From an uncultured Gemmatimonadales bacterium (GTDB lineage Bacteria; Gemmatimonadota; Gemmatimonadetes; Gemmatimonadales; GWC2-71-9), in assembly GCA_963828735.1 (NCBI GenBank), contig CAWHFW010000007.1, forward strand, positions 1 to 52,276: a stretch of 52,276 bases of DNA, written 5' to 3'. Position 1 is the stretch's first letter, and every line of letters begins with the position of its first letter. A model generated the notes under the pieces. It searched no databases. It had not been told where the DNA came from and saw only the letters and a program-made list of their open reading frames with translations. This document shows, piece by piece, positions 50,598 through 52,276 of this stretch. The position numbers and the translations under genes were made by a program.

Positions 50598-52276
50598 CTA
50601 GAAGGACACCGTGGCCCCGAGCTGAAGCCGCCAACGCGAGGCGTCGACATCGATCGCATGCCGGTCCACGGGAACAAACCCGTACACGCCACGCCCGTTG
50701 GCGGTGTCGTAGCCGAGTACGTCCATCAGGACGACGGTGTTCCCGACGTCGCCGACGGTTTGGCGGACCACGCCCCAATCGCTGCCCAAGAAGCTCAGCA
50801 CGTTGAAGAGATCGGCGGTGACTTCGAGTGCCCGTCTGTCGGCGAGGTGAAACCGCTTCGACAGCCGTGCGGCAGTCTCGTGCACCCACGGGTCACGGCA
50901 GCTGTTCCGCTCCAGGAGACGACCACGCTGGTGCAGGAGGCAGGGCTCGTCCTGAATGAAGCGCTCGAGGTCGGCGAACTGTTCCGGGTCGGCGAGCGTG
51001 ATGTCGCCGGCGTCCCTCGGGACGTACACGACATCGTTCGACGTGTCGAAGAGCGGTCGAAACCCGTCCGCGTTGGCATCGCCCGAGACGACGTAGGTAT
51101 ACGGCGCTCCCGACATCCCCACATAGGTGAGGCCGAACCGGAAGCCGAGCGGTAAATCGGTGGTGCCCTCGAGAGTGACCTTGTGCGGCCTCTCCCAGAG
51201 CGAGGTACGGAGCTCCCGGTTCTCCAGCGTGCCGTTCACCGGCGTGGAGCCGGCAATGAGGTCGGCAATGTTGTGGTCCATGCTCATCCGGTCGGTCGCG
51301 TCCGTATAGGTATAGGCCGCGCTCAGCTCGGCGCCGTTGGAAAAGCGCTTCCCCAGCTGGGCGGTGACCGAGTATGACCGATCGCCGCCGCTTCCGTTCC
51401 GGAGCTCGTAGGTCTCCGGCAACGCGTCCGAACGCCGAGTCGGTGTCGCCTCACCTGTCGCCGGATCGATCGTGCCGTACATTGCCCGCCCACCTTCGCC
51501 GGCGGCGGTCCCGATCGGTCCGACGAGGTTCACGTCCACCAAGTGCACCGTGCTGAGGCCGCGGGTGTACAGGAAGTCCAGCGTACCGACGATCCCACCC
51601 GGCAGGAGGTGGTCGGCTCCGACGGCCACCTTGAGAGTCTGGGGAAAGCGAAATTGGGGGTCGAAGTAGACGGGAGGAAAGGTCGTTGGCGACGGTTCGG
51701 CGCACGCGGTGGGTTGGTTCCCCGGGTCGAGCGTGAAGTCCGGCACCGCCTCGCCCGAGCAATCGAGGAAGTTCGTCCGGATACCGTTGCTTCCATAGAC
51801 ATTTCTGAACCACACGTAGGGGGGTGGGCCTGTGAAGAGCCCTGCTCCGCCTCGTAACACGGTCGTGCCCCGCCCGGAGAGATCGTAGTTCAGGCCGAGC
51901 CGTGGTGACCAGAGCGCGTTCCCGCTGGGAGTGATCGCCGTATTGATGCCGAGCTCTTGCAAGGCGATCGGATTCTGCGTGGGCGCCTCCGGGACGACCG
52001 GCACGTCGAGACGCAGCCCCGCGGTCATCGTGAGGCGCGGCGTCAGCAGCCACTGATCCTGCACGTAGAGGCCGATCTGGTTCACGCGGAACGACACCTG
52101 GGAGTCCGCGACGATGAGCAGCCGGCTGTAGCTCGCCGCTTCGCCCTGTTCGAGCGAGTCCAGGCTGTCGAAGGTCCAGAAGCCGCCCGAGGAACCCGCC
52201 GGGTTCTCCACCAGATCGATCCGTTCGGCATGGATCCCGAGCGTGAGCCGGTGGTTTCCCGCGGCCATGCCGAAGT
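50598..52276 (-). CDS. TonB-dependent receptor (Oar-like), 5' end outside the window
   Basis: LYVQDQW, AGLRLD, SPRLGLNYD, RGGAGLF, GDANADG, C-terminal LQLGATVSF. Confidence 0.9.
   Translation of the reverse strand, partial: FGMAAGNHRLTLGIHAERIDLVENPAGSSGGFWTFDSLDSLEQGEAASYSRLLIVADSQVSFRVNQIGLYVQDQWLLTPRLTMTAGLRLDVPVVPEAPTQNPIALQELGINTAITPSGNALWSPRLGLNYDLSGRGTTVLRGGAGLFTGPPPYVWFRNVYGSNGIRTNFLDCSGEAVPDFTLDPGNQPTACAEPSPTTFPPVYFDPQFRFPQTLKVAVGADHLLPGGIVGTLDFLYTRGLSTVHLVDVNLVGPIGTAAGEGGRAMYGTIDPATGEATPTRRSDALPETYELRNGSGGDRSYSVTAQLGKRFSNGAELSAAYTYTDATDRMSMDHNIADLIAGSTPVNGTLENRELRTSLWERPHKVTLEGTTDLPLGFRFGLTYVGMSGAPYTYVVSGDANADGFRPLFDTSNDVVYVPRDAGDITLADPEQFADLERFIQDEPCLLHQRGRLLERNSCRDPWVHETAARLSKRFHLADRRALEVTADLFNVLSFLGSDWGVVRQTVGDVGNTVVLMDVLGYDTANGRGVYGFVPVDRHAIDVDASRWRLQLGATVSF

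Overview
Very GC-rich bacterial DNA. The gene types (Ser/Thr kinase-TolB fusions, BTAD regulators, many lipoproteins, Oar-type TonB receptor) look like Gemmatimonadota, which is an inference. About 28 protein genes are supported; at least 8 apparent single-base frameshifts are most likely assembly indels. The most striking non-coding signal is a family of ~340-bp dual-hairpin elements: nine co-oriented full or partial copies fill almost every large intergenic gap between 16.2 and 40.3 kb, plus one degenerate copy at ~41.75 kb. They show compensatory stem changes, mutually complementary 33-nt loops, loop alleles swapped between arms and one copy with a flipped core, yet no transposase or integrase lies in the window. 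Other highlights: an orphan baseplate-N-terminus/tail-tube chimera next to two large signal-less proteins (one an M6-like metalloprotease); a ~320-nt minus-strand candidate sRNA with its own promoter and terminator (37.2-36.9 kb); a TA-like gene pair bracketed by two repeat copies; and duplicated kinase and BTAD modules. No rRNA, tRNA or CRISPR array was seen.
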